A DNA stretch of 64,000 nt from Phoronis australis (Eukaryota; Animalia; Phoronida): assembly GCA_002633005.1 (NCBI GenBank), contig NMRA01000019.1:1287282-1351281 (forward strand), given 5' to 3'. This document shows positions 1 through 15,400 of the stretch, piece by piece; position 1 is the first letter of the stretch, and every line of letters begins with the position of its first letter. The translations under genes and the position numbers were made by a program. The notes beneath the pieces were generated by a model. That model was not told where the DNA came from, did not search any database, and saw nothing but the letters and a program-made list of their open reading frames with translations.

Positions 1-397
1 TACAAGAAACTCATGGGAGATACACCCTCTGAAAACATTAGGAATTAAGAAACCTCTGGTGGCAACAACGTAGTACTAATAAAATACCACAATATACAAA
101 GTGAGAAACAATAAGTGATGCATTTGGCCTTCTGCATTATATTAAAAAAACAGAGAAGTTGAGGTAATTATAAATACGGTGAAAAATAATTTGGGACATT
201 ATAATTGGTAATATTGCTGTTTTTCAAAGGCTAACAGCACTGCCATGAAAACTTCGAATCTTATCAAATGCTTTTTAGTGATATCTGCACCATAAAAGCA
301 TGCTAACAGTGAATTAAATTTTCTTAGAACTCAAGTTCTTTCTTGCCGATTTCACTATGTATCATATTATGCCAGACTATTCCACTGAATAACTTAC

Positions 398-473
398 CAA
401 CAGTATGTCCAAACAAACTCATCACTCCACGAGTTATGCCTGATGCCACTTCATCAGGTTCAGTAATGGAGCC
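398..473 (-). CDS. VPS13: VPS13 exon (ATG2_C-like region)
   Basis: [25 protein letters not shown]; AG/GTAAG; phase 0-1. Confidence 0.9.
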
Positions 474-3400
474 CTGTAATATGGATATGAAGACAAATTA
501 CACACTGAAGCTGCAGCCATTAAAACTTGCTTTAAAAGAATTGAGGATATGGCAAAACTAAGTAAAACCAAACAATCCCTCCAATGCTACACATTTTGAA
601 GCAGTACAGTCTTTTTTACTATCAGCCAGGAAAGACTAGTAAGCCAAGGTACAACTAATAATTAATATGTTAATTCGATTTCTGGGTAGTAATATTATTT
701 AATGCATTCAATTATAGTTATGCAATAACTTATTAAGGAAGACTTGTAGATGACTGTTCCTCATTCAAATTCCACTTCCTTTGGGAGTTTTATGATCACT
801 CTGATAAGCCATAGTGTACATAAGGCAAGGCGCCCCCTTGTGTTGCTCAGGCTGGCTACAGAAGAGGTTGGGACATATCGACAAAGATGCAACAGTTGCA
901 ACACATTATTCCTCTGTTGCAGGTTAACCCTTTTTCCATTCAAACTCTGCGAAAGTTAAATTTTCAATGACGTAACTATATAGTTTTTATACTACGTAGC
1001 ATCTAAAATAGGCAGGAAAGAATATTGTCATGAAAAGGCAGCAGTTTTCACAGACACACGTCAAGGTTACCAAATACCCAAACAAAAGAAGTCGATCCAA
1101 GTGCTGTGGTAAGTGGCTACTGTAAAAAGCATTTATGGTGTTGCAGGTTGGGAAATGAGACGCAGCGCTTAATATGTTTTAAACAACCAAAATGGTTCAT
1201 TTTCAAATATCTTTCTCGAGCTTGCCCAAATAAGAGTTGATTTTTCCAAAAACAATAGAGCTTACTCCAATTCCATGACAGACAGAAAACAACAATGCAG
1301 ACCCCTGAACAGCACAGGTGTTATTGGGAAAAGGGTCCTACCATGAAAGGTTCATAGAAGAAGTCTCCAAACCCTTTAGTAAAGTCCTTCACAAGGCCAT
1401 AAGGGTTACCAAGAACATCTAGACCCAATATGAGCACGTATGCCTGTTGAATGGCTTGACTAGTGTAGTGTGAGCGGATATCTGACAACAGCTGAGGCTG
1501 AGATTGGAACTTTGCTCTTTGTTCAAAGTAGGCTAGCCTGAAATTAACAGAAGACATGGACTTAAAAAGGAAGAAAGTGTTATTTTGGTGATCATTTTTG
1601 TCCAAAATTGGTGAGAATTTACCGTAACAGTAAGTTATTAAGCCTAGTCTGGGCTGGGTACTTTGATAACATAAACTGGCCATAACCACTCCAGAAGTAG
1701 ATAAAAACAAGGTTGAAATTGGCTCTGAAATAAGAATGAAATGGTCGACCACTTTTTTACTCCTAGTAGAAAGAAAACAACCCAAACAAACAACTTGGAA
1801 TGATTCCTCATTCCCTGAACACTATTACAAGGTCCTATGACAAATAAAACGACAAGACCAAGAATGTAGAAGTTGTTTGGTGTTGGCAAGTTACCGTCTA
1901 CTGTCATCAAGCAGTTAAAGAGCTTGGTTTTGAAAGTCACCAGTGTTTAATATTATGTTACTAGTGGTAGGTAGAAAGTCAGTTCTTTATTTAAGTGAAT
2001 GAATTGCGTCCACTTAATTGAACTTTTTGTTATGTCATAAATTGCTTGTGAACAAAATTCAGCTTTAAACAAAGTCACAATCACAGAAACGTGGACATAC
2101 GGAATTTTTTGAAAATCAAACCACTGCACACAACTGACACCAAAGCTCTTACCTAATCTCAACCTCTCTAATTTCAGTGAGAGTGACACCTATTGAGTTA
2201 AGGAAGAAGTCAACAATGTCTTTTCCAATGGAGGTGCTAGTCTGCTCAGCAGTGTATGCCTGGCCTTGGAGAGAGAAACTGACCTTCATCTGTAATACAA
2301 ACACATCTAAATAATTAAAAGGACAGTGTTAGCATACTTACACGCATTAAAGCTTTACAAATGTGTGTTTCATCAAAGAAAGGAAATTATGATTTAAGCA
2401 TCTTAATATTAGACTGCTCTTAACTTCTACTTTAAATACAGACGAGAAACATGGAATACCAAAGCAGCAAAAAACCAAGGCTGTGCAATATCTTTACTTC
2501 AGGACCATGATAAATTTGTCAAGAATTAAAATCTTAACAATATTTTTGAAAATCATGCGAGATTTTCATACTACATTTGCCTAGGTTTTCTAAAAATTGT
2601 GCCGATGTTTTTTTTTTTGAAAATCTTGTTTGAATTGCTTTGCGAGCAAAGACATGTCAGCAAATCCTCTTGATACTTTGAGGTAAAAACATTCTTTCAA
2701 GCACTGTCATTTCAATGCGTAATTGATTCGTGGATGACTCGGACTGCAAAGTGGTAACAAACTACAGCTACACAGAAACAATATCAAATCTGTGCTTTAG
2801 TTGAGCTCACCTTCAATGGAGAAAGATGCAGGTACTCGTAGAATATCTTGTCAGGGCTGAGCGCTGCCTATCAAAAATAACAGTCAATGCAGACATGAGT
2901 GCTTATTTTAGTAAATGAATTTATGAATTGTGCCTTCAGCAATTAAGACCATGTATCCACCTTATAGAAAGGTACTACACAGCATACTACATATCTATCA
3001 GTCTCTGCCTGTTACACAACAGACTGAAGTAACCTTTCATATTTATTCTTTATTAGACACCTAATTAGTTTCACATCCACAAACACATATTTTTAGTATT
3101 ATTGCTGGATGAGATAGACTTCTTGAAGTCACGGCTTTGACTATAGCTGCAGTAGAACAATAGAATCCGTTCTTCTTTGATGTTATTACAAATTGTCAGT
3201 TCTTACCATTATCTGNNNNNNNNNNNNNNNNNNNNNNNNNNNNNNNNNNNNNNNNNNNNNNNNNNNNNNNNNNNNNNNNNNNNNNNNNNNNNNNNNNNNN
3301 NNNNNNNNNNNNNNNNNNNNNNNNNNNNNNNNNNNNNNNNNNNNNNNNNNNNNNNNNNNNNNNNNNNNNNNNNNNNNNAAAGGTTCATAGAAGAAGTCTC

Positions 3401-6400
3401 CAAACCCTTTAGTAAAGTCCTTCACAAGGCCATAAGGGTTACCAAGAACATCTAGACCCAATATGAGCACGTATGCCTGTTGAATGGCTTGACTAGTGTA
3501 GTGTGAGCGGATATCTGACAACAGCTGAGGCTGAGATTGGAACTTTGCTCTTTGTTCAAAGTAGGCTAGCCTGAAATTAACAGAAGACATCGACTTAAAA
3601 AGGAAGAAAGTGTTATTTCGGAGATCATTTTTGTCCAAAATTGGTGAGAATTTACCGTAACAATAAGTTATTAAGCCTAGTCTGGGCTCGGTACTTTGAT
3701 AACATAAACTGGCCATAACCACTCCAGAAGTTGAAATTGGCTCTGAAATAAGAATGAAACAGTCAACCACTTTTTTACTCCTAGTAGAAAGAAAACAACC
3801 CAAACAAACAACTTGGAATGATTCCTCATTCACTGAACACTATTACAAGGTCCCATGACAAATAAAACGACAAGACCAAGAATGTAGAAGTTGTTTGGTG
3901 TTGGCAAGTTACTGTCTACTGTCATCAAGCAGTTAAAGAGCTTGGTTTTGAAAGTCTCGTGTGTTTAATATTATGTTACTGGTGGTAGGCAGAAAGTCAG
4001 TTCTTTTAAGTGAATGAATTGCGTCCACTTAATTGAACTTTTTGTTGTCATAAATTGCTTGTGAACAAAATTCAGCTTTAAACAAAGTCACAATCACAGA
4101 AACGTGGACATACGGAATTTCTTGAAAATCAAACCACTGCACACAACTGGCACCAAAGCTCTTACCTAATCTCAACCTCTCTAATTTCAGTGAGAGTGAC
4201 ACCTATGGAGTTAAGGAAGAAGTCAACAATGTCTTTTCCAATGGAGGTGCTAGTCTGCTCAGCAGTGTATGCCTGGCCTTGGAGAGAGAAACTGACCTTC
4301 ATCTGTAATACAAACACATCTAAATAATTAAAAGGACAATGTTAGCATACTTACACGCATTAAAGCTTTAAATATGTGTGTTCCATCAAAGAAAGGAAAT
4401 TATGATTTAAGCATCTTAATTTTAGACTGCTCTTAACTTCTACCTTAAATACAGACGAGAAACATGGAATACCAAAGCAGCAAAAAACCAAGGCTGTACA
4501 ATATCTTTACTTCAGGACCATGATAAATTTGTCAAGAATTAAAATCTCAACAATATTTTTGAAAATCATGCGAGATTTTCATATTACATTTTACATTTGC
4601 CTAGGTTTTCTAAAAATTGTGCCGATGTTTTTTTGAAAATCTTGTTTAAATTGCTTTGCGAGCAAAGACATGTCAGCAAATCCTCTTGATACTTTGAGGT
4701 AAAAACATTCTTTCAAGCACATAGTCATTTCAATGCGTAATTGATTCATGGATGACTCGGACTGCAAAGTGATAACAAGCTACAGCTACACTGAAACAAT
4801 ATCAAATCTGTGCTTTAGTTGAGCTCACCTTCAATGGAGAAAGATGCAGGTACTCGTAGAATATCTTGTCAGGGCTGAGCGCTGCCTATCAAAAATAACA
4901 GTCAATGCAGACATGAGTGCTTAGTAAATGAATTTATGAATTGTGCCTTCAGCAATTAAGACCATGTATCCACCTTATAGAAAGGTACTACACAGCATAC
5001 TACATATCTATCAGTCTCTGCCTGTTACACAACAGACTGAAGTAAACTTTCCTATTTATTCTTTATTAGACACCTTATTAGTTTCACATCCACAAACACA
5101 TATTTTTAGTATTATTGCTGGATGAGATAGACTTCTTGAAGTCATGGCTTTGACCATAGCTGCAGTAGAACAATAGAATCCGTTCTTCTTTGATGTTATT
5201 ACAAATTGTCAGTTCTTACCATTATCTGTCAAACATTTTCTGAAATCGGGACCTATGACACTTTTCAAGTGAAATATTCTTAAAATACCATTCATCAAGT
5301 GGGATTTAATGCAGCTGACAGAGCATTAGACTGCGACCTGCGAATTTCACTTTGGATTCAACCCTGAACCTGAACTCTGAACATCACTTTTCTTGCTTGT
5401 AATGTACCATTAAGGTTATTCAGAAAACCTATTGCCAAAACTGTCTAAATTTGATGTTTTTAAGCTTATTATATTACTACAAGTGCTTGAGCATTGACTA
5501 TGTTATCTATGACAAAACATACCATGCTAAGAATGAATTGAACTTTTGTAGTTCAGGATTTTATTTAAAATTAAACTTTATTATTCAACCAGCTCTAAAT
5601 TGAAATTTCATTGTTATGACAATTTATTTTTTGACAGTTCATATTTAAAAAAGGATACTGACACAGGAAACTTTAATATGCACTTATATTTCATGAGCGT
5701 ACACATAAACACAATGACTTGTCTTACCAGTACTTCAGTCGTCTCCGCTAGCGACTGCTTCACCATGGCAACATCCTCTTTGACTTGAACACTCTGTAAC
5801 ATGTCATAAAAGAATAGTTCAGATGCCATTTTGTAGAGATTATTCAACAGTCACCTTATTTAGCAAGTGAAATTTCGACTACGACCAAGACATTTGATTT
5901 TAAGTTAATTGAAAAGCTGCAACAGCCAATCAGCCCTCATGATCTCAGTGAATGTCAGTCATTCACTAAAAATGAAATCACCCGTGACACACATGTCTTC
6001 AGGGGGTCAAACGTACCCTTAACACCACATGCATGGTATGATTCCTCAGCCTAGTAACTTACATGAACATCTTCAACAGCCTTCTTTACTCAGAATGATG
6101 AATTTTTCAGAGAGTGGACCTGTGCAATGACTTCACATGACCTAAATTTGTCCCAAGATGGACACTGGTCAATGGACGATTTGATCAGATAAGAGGAAGT
6201 ACTTCCTATGAGTCAACTTGTCTCAACACCTTCAGTTGTTAGAGTAGCTATTGCATTACCACACAATAGGGCCGCCCAGGATTACACAGCGATCGAACTC
6301 TCCTTTGTCCTGGAGATAAGAAATCAGGCACATTTTTGCCTTGTCTCTCCTTGATGTCTGAGGAAGGCAAAGAATTTCAGATCACACATCCACGGGTAAT

Positions 6401-9400
6401 GTCCAGTTTATCAAACTTTTTCAAGTCGGAGTTATAGCCCACAGCTCAGCAGTAATACTTCGTTGGCATTGGAAGGACGAATAGAGTAATGCAACTGAGA
6501 AAAACTTGTAAAGAATCGGACAACAACAAATAACATGTGAAACTCCAGTGGCACGAAAAACGAGGCAGCAAATGTGCCTGACGGATGTTGATGTCATTGT
6601 GCGAAAATATAGCGAGATTCGAGTGTCGCTGTGGGATCCGGGACAGTCCTAACGATAATCAAAATTTAAACCAGAGGGTTATTGCAAATCTGCTGTTGAT
6701 CAATNCTCAGGTGTCATTTTCAAACAGCAGTTAGCTCTGATCACAATGTTTCATGATCTCAGTCTCAGATCCAACCAGACCCATAGTACTGTTGTTGGTA
6801 CCATTGATGGCTTTACAGTCATACTCGGGTTTTTAAGTCTTTAATGTCGGTTTAAAGGAGGCCTAGTGGACTACAATAATTGATGTCAAAACTGTGCAAA
6901 ATGTTTCTAGCACTGAATCTCACCTACTCTGAGAGCTATGATCAATGGATAGATAATTTTTGACAAGTGACCCAATGAGTTTAGTTGATGTGCAACCTTA
7001 GGCTTACCTTCATTTCAAACACAAAGGAAACATGGTGGGCATTTTCATCTCGCTTTTTTCGTTTTGTCACAAGCCAGAATAAACGTTTCCAGCTAAAGTT
7101 GCTCCACTATTAAATGAAATAATGTACAGTTGTTGTATATTTGCTTTTGAGTAAAAATGGCTTAAAAGTGATTTCGCCTCAAGACTTAGCATAATTTCAG
7201 TGCCATTCACAAAGCATTATGTGCAAGGCTTGGCTCCTGAACTTGGCAAAATACACAGCAAAGGTGCAAGATTACAATCAACTGGAAAATGTTCCATCAA
7301 GTTTGACAATAGTAGAATAAGGTAAGACATTGCTACATCATCAAGAAAGTTTATAAGCATTTCAGCCAAGTGAAAAAGTTAAGAATGAGCGAGTCTGCTA
7401 AGCCAAAAATTCAAAAACAGGACGCATGAGTCTCAATGCCAACGTGCTATAAAAATTATGAGGCCATCAAAACAAATTCCACAGAATCTTGGAAATAAAA
7501 AGTAATTGTAACACATGCCAAAAAGAATAACGACGATCTCAAAGGTCAAGCAAACTTTTTCTAAAAGGACGAACTAATGAATCCTGGATGTAAATGCCAA
7601 GTAACAATACGCTTTAGAGATTGACAGAGCCAAAACATTTCACAGTAACTACAGGCAACATTTTATGTGCCTAGAAAATGTTTTGATGGGTAATCTGTCG
7701 TGAGACACAACGCAAAAAGCAGAAGTCCAGTTCTTAACACCACCAACAATTGAAGACATTTATCGATAGTTAAAAATCCCTTCAAGAAGCCCATGCTATC
7801 AACTTTTAAGAAAATGAAGATGGACCAAGAGCGACTCCTAATGAACAAACACAGGGCTCACTAAAGATGTTCTAGAGAGGTGCTCAATCAAGGTGCCCAA
7901 TTAAGGGACAGTCTTCAAACAGGGAAAGGTGATTACACAATCATCATGTGTTTGTGCACAAAACAATGTGCGATAGCCAGTGCATGAACACTTGACACTG
8001 TCTACAGGCACAAGTCAAAGCATCACTATTGTATTTATCCATGTCGTGGACTTGGATACATATGTCGGTATGTTATGCAATGTGCGTGATGATAAATGTG
8101 AATTATAATAGAGATTCAAGATATGCAAGCTTATTTAAATTTTGAGCTTCTTAATGAAGATTACAACTGGACGGTTCACTGAAACGCTAGATACTTACGT
8201 AGCAAAACACTAGTGGCAATTAGGGTCCTTGAAATTTTTATACAAAATGAATATTTCAATCTCAATACGACGTTGAAAATATGTTGCAAACATTTTAAGT
8301 CTGGTCCCGGCTGGGGGCAGAAATCATTTCAGACTTATATTGATTAGGTCACGTGATGTGGCCAACAGATGGCCTAATGAACAGAATTAAATATTTATTT
8401 TTACAAGACTGGTTATAACACAAAATGGCCTAAAAGTTAGTTTATTGCCACTTTAATACACTGTTTTAAAAAACGGCTGTTTATTTTATATGGCACTTCC
8501 TCAGTCAGAAGCAAACAGGAACATCATATCATACAACACAAATGTTTTAAATCTGTCTTAAAATTAACTAGTCCAGCATATAATTATGCCTTGGAGTCAC
8601 AATGAAACACAAGGTTGCAATTTCAGATAGCATGGGTATGACTGAGCCCCTCACAAACAAGTCCTTCAAAGAGAACTTTCATCAATTTAATGTTATTTTC
8701 TTGACATCCTTAAACCTGATTTCCCATGTGATTTAAAACTGAGTGAACCCAACTGTCCACAAGGTTAATTTTCCTCACCTACAGAATGAAACATGCACTG
8801 AACACCTGTTACAATACATTTAAGCAGCTCTCTAGAGTTAACTAATTACCAAAATCTCAGAATGCCAGTTGGGACTGTAAAAACAACCAAAACTGTGTAA
8901 AAGACAAAGATAAGCTGTGAGCTTTGGCTAAATGCAAAACAAGCAGAGAAAATATGAGTGGAAACAGTACCTGTAATGTGTGGTTCATGTTAAAACAATG
9001 ACTGGCTAGCAACTCAAAAGAACTATATGAATGGTCTTATGAAGGATATAATAGAATAATTTGTAATGTTCCACAAAACACACGTAGGAATGATAGTATC
9101 TAAATTATGTATTTAAAGCTGCCATTGCCTCTAAATCAGTGGCATTTCATCCTAGTGTAGTCGAGTCATTGGCATAAGCAATCATCAAGACTGCTGAATT
9201 TCATTCTATATCAAAACTTTATTTTTCAAAAGAATCTGACTTTCAACCCATTTTTCAGACTCCGTTCCAAAGCTTCAGGCAGTTTTGCGACACTGTTCAC
9301 ATGACATATTGTTTCATACAAGGCATATGTAGAACGACTTGCTACATCAGCGAGCGATGCCGACACAAACTGAATAAATAAAAGCTAATGGCGCGGCACA

Positions 9401-12400
9401 TTCAAGGCTGGGACGACAAACATTTTTTACCTTGGCTTACATCCTAAATGAAAAGAACTGCCATAGAATCCATGATTAAGTGCAATCTGAATGCACATTG
9501 CCACAGCATCAATGTTTGAGTGAGGTGTGTAAAAAACTTTTCCGCACCACATCACACAAATTAGATCAAACAGCATCCACGTATACACCACGTCCGCCCT
9601 CAACCACAGTGACCTCGAAATGTTTTAGAAGTATCGTCAGTGTGTGATGCATGGGTCACGATCGACGTATCGTCTGCACTGCAGAGAATCTCAGCAAGTA
9701 TAAGTGCATGTTCTTAGTAACATGAAAACTCTCACTATTTTGACGGCAAAATTCCAATTACAGGATGTCCAAGCCCCCCACTAACTTTGCTGGTAATTCC
9801 CTTTCAATCTCGGACAAGAGGGGAGGTTACTTTCACGATGAATTTAGCTTCAGACCAGCCATCATGATGTAGAACTACAGGTCATTTTGACTGAATACTT
9901 TCGGCGTATACTGCAGGTGACTTAACTTTGCACTGGGTGGCTTAGTTACCAACTCCAACTGGGCTTTTGAGCCCTTGGTATCACTGGTTAGGTGGTCTTA
10001 ATATTGACTAAGGTGCGTTATTTCACTTCAGTTGGTATCGTCTGCAATACCTGCTTCCCCAGCATTGTCCAGCTGATCTAAATCTGAAAGTGCCACCAAC
10101 CCAATATATGAAGAGAATCTCGGTCTGCAACTTGTAACGTGCAATTGAAAAACTAAATAATTACTTTGATATATCACAATCGTCCCTATCATACCTCAGG
10201 TTTCTGCTCCACCATATTAGACACCGCGTCAATGGCAGACAAGATGAAACCTTTGTCCAACTTGATACTGAACTCTTGTATGAGTACCTTGAAATACCTG
10301 AGGAGACACAGACCACATTATGTAAGTAATCAGTCACAACAATGCTCAAGAGGAAAACTGCTGCTTACTAGAAAACCTCGCTTTTATAACTCCAGTATTC
10401 ATAAAATGCTTTTTAAGTGAAATTTAGCTTTGTTTAGCAGGCCAAAAACGAGCATAGAATTAACCCTCTTCCTCTTAAAAAATCATTCTCATATTCCTCA
10501 CTATTGATGATAGAATTGTATTTCCATTACCAACTCAAGTCACAGCCAATGCGTACATGCACCATTTTTTAATTCAAAATTTTATCAATTATTGCTTTCA
10601 ATGCTTGAAAGATCGTACTTGATCACATCGACGTTGTTCTCTGGCACAGTTTTTCTCAGTAGCGCCATCTCTATGAATGGTTTAGGACCCGTCTTACGTA
10701 GGATGTACCCAGGCAGTGGGGTCGGGTGAAGTACTGTAGGGAAGTACGCATCAGGCAGCTGGTTGTCCACCTGGTGGAGATTGGAAGAACTAATAGAAAA
10801 CAACCTTCCATCTTGCAAATGTAACAACAGTTAAGGTTACATAAGACCCTAGAAAAATGGCAAAATTTCGCTAAATTTCGAACATCATATCTCAGAGATG
10901 GCTGAACAGATTCATGTGAAACTTTCAGATACTATATTTAATATACTGTTATCCAAAACAATGGTAGGAATTGTTTTTAAAATGTTCCATTTTAGCATGA
11001 AAGGCTATCAAATATATATGGTTTTCATGGAAAAAATCTAAAGTTGCATAAAACGAAAACAAAATATTTTAGAGAACTGTAAGTGTTTTTAGATCGTACC
11101 ATGAACATTCATATCAATAGAAATTGATCCAAATATACCTTTCCCTTTTGCTAAAATTTACTATAAAGACATGGTCACGTGACCCAATTAATGTCAGATT
11201 GGTAAAAAGTCAAAATTCTACAAGCTTGTACTTTTACCGAGATGAAATCAACAGCTTAGTAGATATTTTGACTAAAAGCTCAGACTTGTTGATAAGGTCT
11301 TACCTTAAGTTAATGTGTGTACCACACATACTTGGTGAATATAAATACATTTTAATATATACTACCTTGTGAATGTCTCAAAAGTGAACTTAAAATTTGC
11401 AAAAGCTTGAAACTGTGTCGACTGAGCAACATAATGAATAATAACCCATTAGTAAATCTATTTGATCTCTGCACACTCCAGACATGTATGTATATGAGTA
11501 CCAAGCTACAAAGCTGAACATGACAGAGAATAGATATTAAATATCATGTGAGTCACCTGTTGTGTTTAAGATGTTGTGAAATAATTGATGGCGTGATCAA
11601 ATGTAGTAGCCAAACAGTTTGAGCAAAGCTTAATCATTCTCACACGTTCATTGACTGTTTATTTACCTCATAAGGTGATGCATGACCATATTGACTAGTC
11701 TATGTAACTATAGGTTTTAGTAGAAAGACTGTAGAATTTGATGTTTGACTTTATACCAAGCTGTCATTAATTGGGTGAAATGGTTAATAATATGTTTTCA
11801 TCAAAATTAAGAAAAAAAAGGTACATTCACAGCTTAACAACATCATGACCAGATTTCAATTCATAAAACTGATCCAAGATGAAATCTCACAAACACTGTT
11901 CCAGTTTTCTAAATGAACATTTCGTTTTCATTTCATGCAACTTTTGATTTTTTCATAAGAATAAAAAATCCTATTTTTGATAGCCCCTCATGCAAAAATG
12001 GAACATTTTAAAAACAATTCCTATTACCATTTTAAAAAACAGTGCATAAAGTTTTCTGAAAAGTTCAAATGGATCTGATCTGACATTTCTAAGATATGCG
12101 ACATTCTGAAGTTTGCCAAAGTGGGTCACCTTTCGATGGTCCTACATAACCTTAAAATATGGACTATCATTATGCAAAATTCAAATCACCCAACTGCTCC
12201 CAATCCTTAAACATAACAAGATGGTGATGAGTGATAATCAAACCTGCAGTCTGTGAATCTTTGCCAGAACTCTGTAATGATGTAATGATTGCCAATACTG
12301 GCACCAGATGGCAGGACTGCTAACACGACGTAAAGCACCTTCAAATGGCTTGGTCATCTGCATGTTCAGTAAGTCAGCCTACCAGAAAAGTAAATTATCA

Positions 12401-15400
12401 AGCATTAAAACAATTGAAGCTAAAATGAGCAACAGACCCTTTTAAGCAACGTATTGGATGCGGACTGTAAATATGGCCATTCTTTGCCTATTTTGCACAT
12501 AGCACGAGAAAATAGTGGATTCATATATTGTCAAATTTTGGAAGGAAAAAAAAATTCTTACAAAGAAATTCTATAAATTATTGTTTTTAAAGTTCTGTAC
12601 AACAGTCACAAACCAAGAGCTGCATGAAATAACTAAAAGAATTATCTGATAACAATGTAGACTTTTGTTAAACATTAAAGAATTCAATAAAAAACGGCCA
12701 CACATTTCTTGAAAAGCAGCATGTCAAAGATGGACTTAGAGATAAAATATACAAGTCACCACTAGTTAAGAGCTATTCATGCCAACAACCTGCTAAAAAC
12801 AAAGTGGGAACATATAGTCTGCTCTCCCAAACTTACAGCCACATAATCCTGGAAGTTTGCTTCAGCCTGATCGTTCCTCCACTTGTCCTCGAGAAATGAG
12901 GATAATTCCAGACCTAGGGTCTTCCACCTGTTGCGTTTAGTCTCCACTTGCCAGAAGGCAGGGCAGTTAGTCAGTGACGCATATGCCACCTCTTGGTACA
13001 TGCTGTTAACTAGGGAGATACCGACGCCATCTAGTGAGGCAAAAATGGCTACTGTTGCCTGCTCCATTTCATTGGACTAGAAAAAAATGTGAACAAGTCA
13101 TCATGTTACACATGGCTAAATAAATTCGAACAAACGATCACTTTACATACAACTGAATAAATCATATACAATATACAATATACAAAGTGACTGAACCAAT
13201 GTCAAATGTCATCATTTGTAATCAGCTTCACAGGAATACATCTGTCAAATCTCATAGAAATACTGCAAGGCATTTACCAGATACAGCAACACACACCATA
13301 CGCCCGGACAGAGATGAGAGCAATATGCACCTACATAATTACGTACATGTGGGAGCATTAAAATAAAGAATTATTATGCACCTTTCAAATTTTATATAAA
13401 TATAGTTGGATATTAATTAAGCATTCTAAGTTGTGTGTAAGCAATGTGCAGAGATAACTACAACAACTGAATACAGAAAATTTACAAAACACTGGTCTCA
13501 TAAATGACTGACTGCAAACTTCGCTGTACCTTCCTTGCCTTCTTGGCAATCCTCTCATCCTGTGTGAACAGCAGCACCCTCTGGTGGCCTTCCATATAAG
13601 ATGTCCAGAAGACAGTCATCCGGTCAGTGCGCGTATTGAGAGCCACTGATTTATTGCCAGTGGTGATCAACTCAGCTTCACTGTCATCTAAACAAATTGA
13701 AAAAACAACCAGTTAGCAGAACACAGCGTTGGATAGATGTTTAAGCAAATAATGAAACAGTAAAAGTAGAAATTCCTTCAAGTTATGAGAGCACAAAATC
13801 AACTTTTGCCTGACCAAATTCGAATTCTGGTATGCAAGAAAGAGTGAGTCGACAACACACAGAACACAATTGATGTTATTCACATGCAAATTGCAACACT
13901 GGACTTTTGCATGAATGATATGAATATCTCACCGTATAACAGTTACTTGACAGCATGATGACCACAAAGAATTTATAAAAAATCACCGAAATCAAACTGC
14001 ATTAAGTTTTCATCTAATTTACAGGTGATACTGTATCGCCATCTAGTGACGACTCATTTTTCATTACGCTGTCTCTTGATGGGAAAGTGGCTATTTTGTG
14101 AAATCTTATAGCACCTGATCTTTGATTACTCTTAAACCATCGATGAAGTGACATGTAACAGTTCTACCAAATGCTCCAATCACATGTTACTTCTAGGTTG
14201 ACAAGCTAAAAAGCTACCCAAAATATACACATTAAGACTGGGATTTATAAATTGAACACAGGGCTTGTTTTCATAAGCAACATAAAAGCGTTCTCTATGT
14301 TTTGGCCAGTGAAGATAATACAACAAAGTGATGAGGTTTAAACACAGCTACAACATCTAGTTAAAGCAATATATTGATGATAAAAACTAAAAAAACCTCC
14401 CAGATGGTTTCAATTCCAGACATCAGTTTCCAAATTAAGGCTAAATTCAGATATCAATCAAATCCACTGTTAAGCGTTCCCACGGTCCTTCGTCAGTATC
14501 AAGACTCGACGGCCAACTACCTTGTTACAAACGCACGCTTTTGGGTCGGCACATCGGGATATAGCCTTGTCATTATCAGATTGACAGTGGTGTACTAATG
14601 TTTACATAGTCCAGCTCTCTCATTGTCTGCTTTCATCTGATGCTCCAATAATCCAGTAATTACATTGTAAACAGCACGCATGACACTAACCGATATTTAA
14701 AAATACTATTTGCAAATGTCATGAAGCACATGTGTTTTGTATGAAATACTTTCAACAAAAAAGTTCGAATGGAGAAAAACGGTAGACTTTTAGAGAAATT
14801 AGACTTAACTTTTCACTTGTTGGTTCCTTTGTGTGACAGCAAGTTCTGACCATCTTAACCACAATATTGTGTACCAACACAAACGGTGTGCTTGATAAGT
14901 TTAATCGAACGTAATTCTAGATTAGATCATGAAATTTCTTGATTCTTACACTCCAGCAGAATGGTACGTAATGTACCATGACTCAAAGGGTTACTAAAAC
15001 CATGAAAAGATTTCCTCTTGTTACAGCCTGTTACCTCAAAATCTTCTGAAAATCTAGACAGGTCCTGTTTGTAGGAGAGAACTGCAGGGCACCAAGAATA
15101 GTGGGGGTTCATAAAAGAGTGGTAAACCATACGTGAATGAACATTAGACAACCATGTAATCATACACGCAGCAGTGTCAACAGTAGTCAAGCTTTATTTT
15201 TAGAAACCCAATGCTGCTTTCGCGCCTGATGTGTATGAGGCGACCCTGAACAGTCTTCCCATTCACAAAACACTGCACCTGTGTAACAGTCCACATTTCC
15301 TCTGCCTCTCAACTCCTGTCAGCTGTATCATGTTAATCATCATAAATAAAGCTTTTTAACTGCCAAAGCATGACAACGAAAAAAGGTCAAAGCATGAAAA

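Larger units (their letters stand above)
3379..5228. repeat. Near-identical duplicate of 1346-3215 (probable second haplotype)
   Basis: Colinear copy with scattered SNPs and small indels, starting right at the N gap. Confidence 0.9.

Noticed and set aside
6060-10100. Coding-looking patches suggesting decayed transposons
   Set aside because: No ordered diagnostic motifs or termini could be read; needs a repeat-library search.
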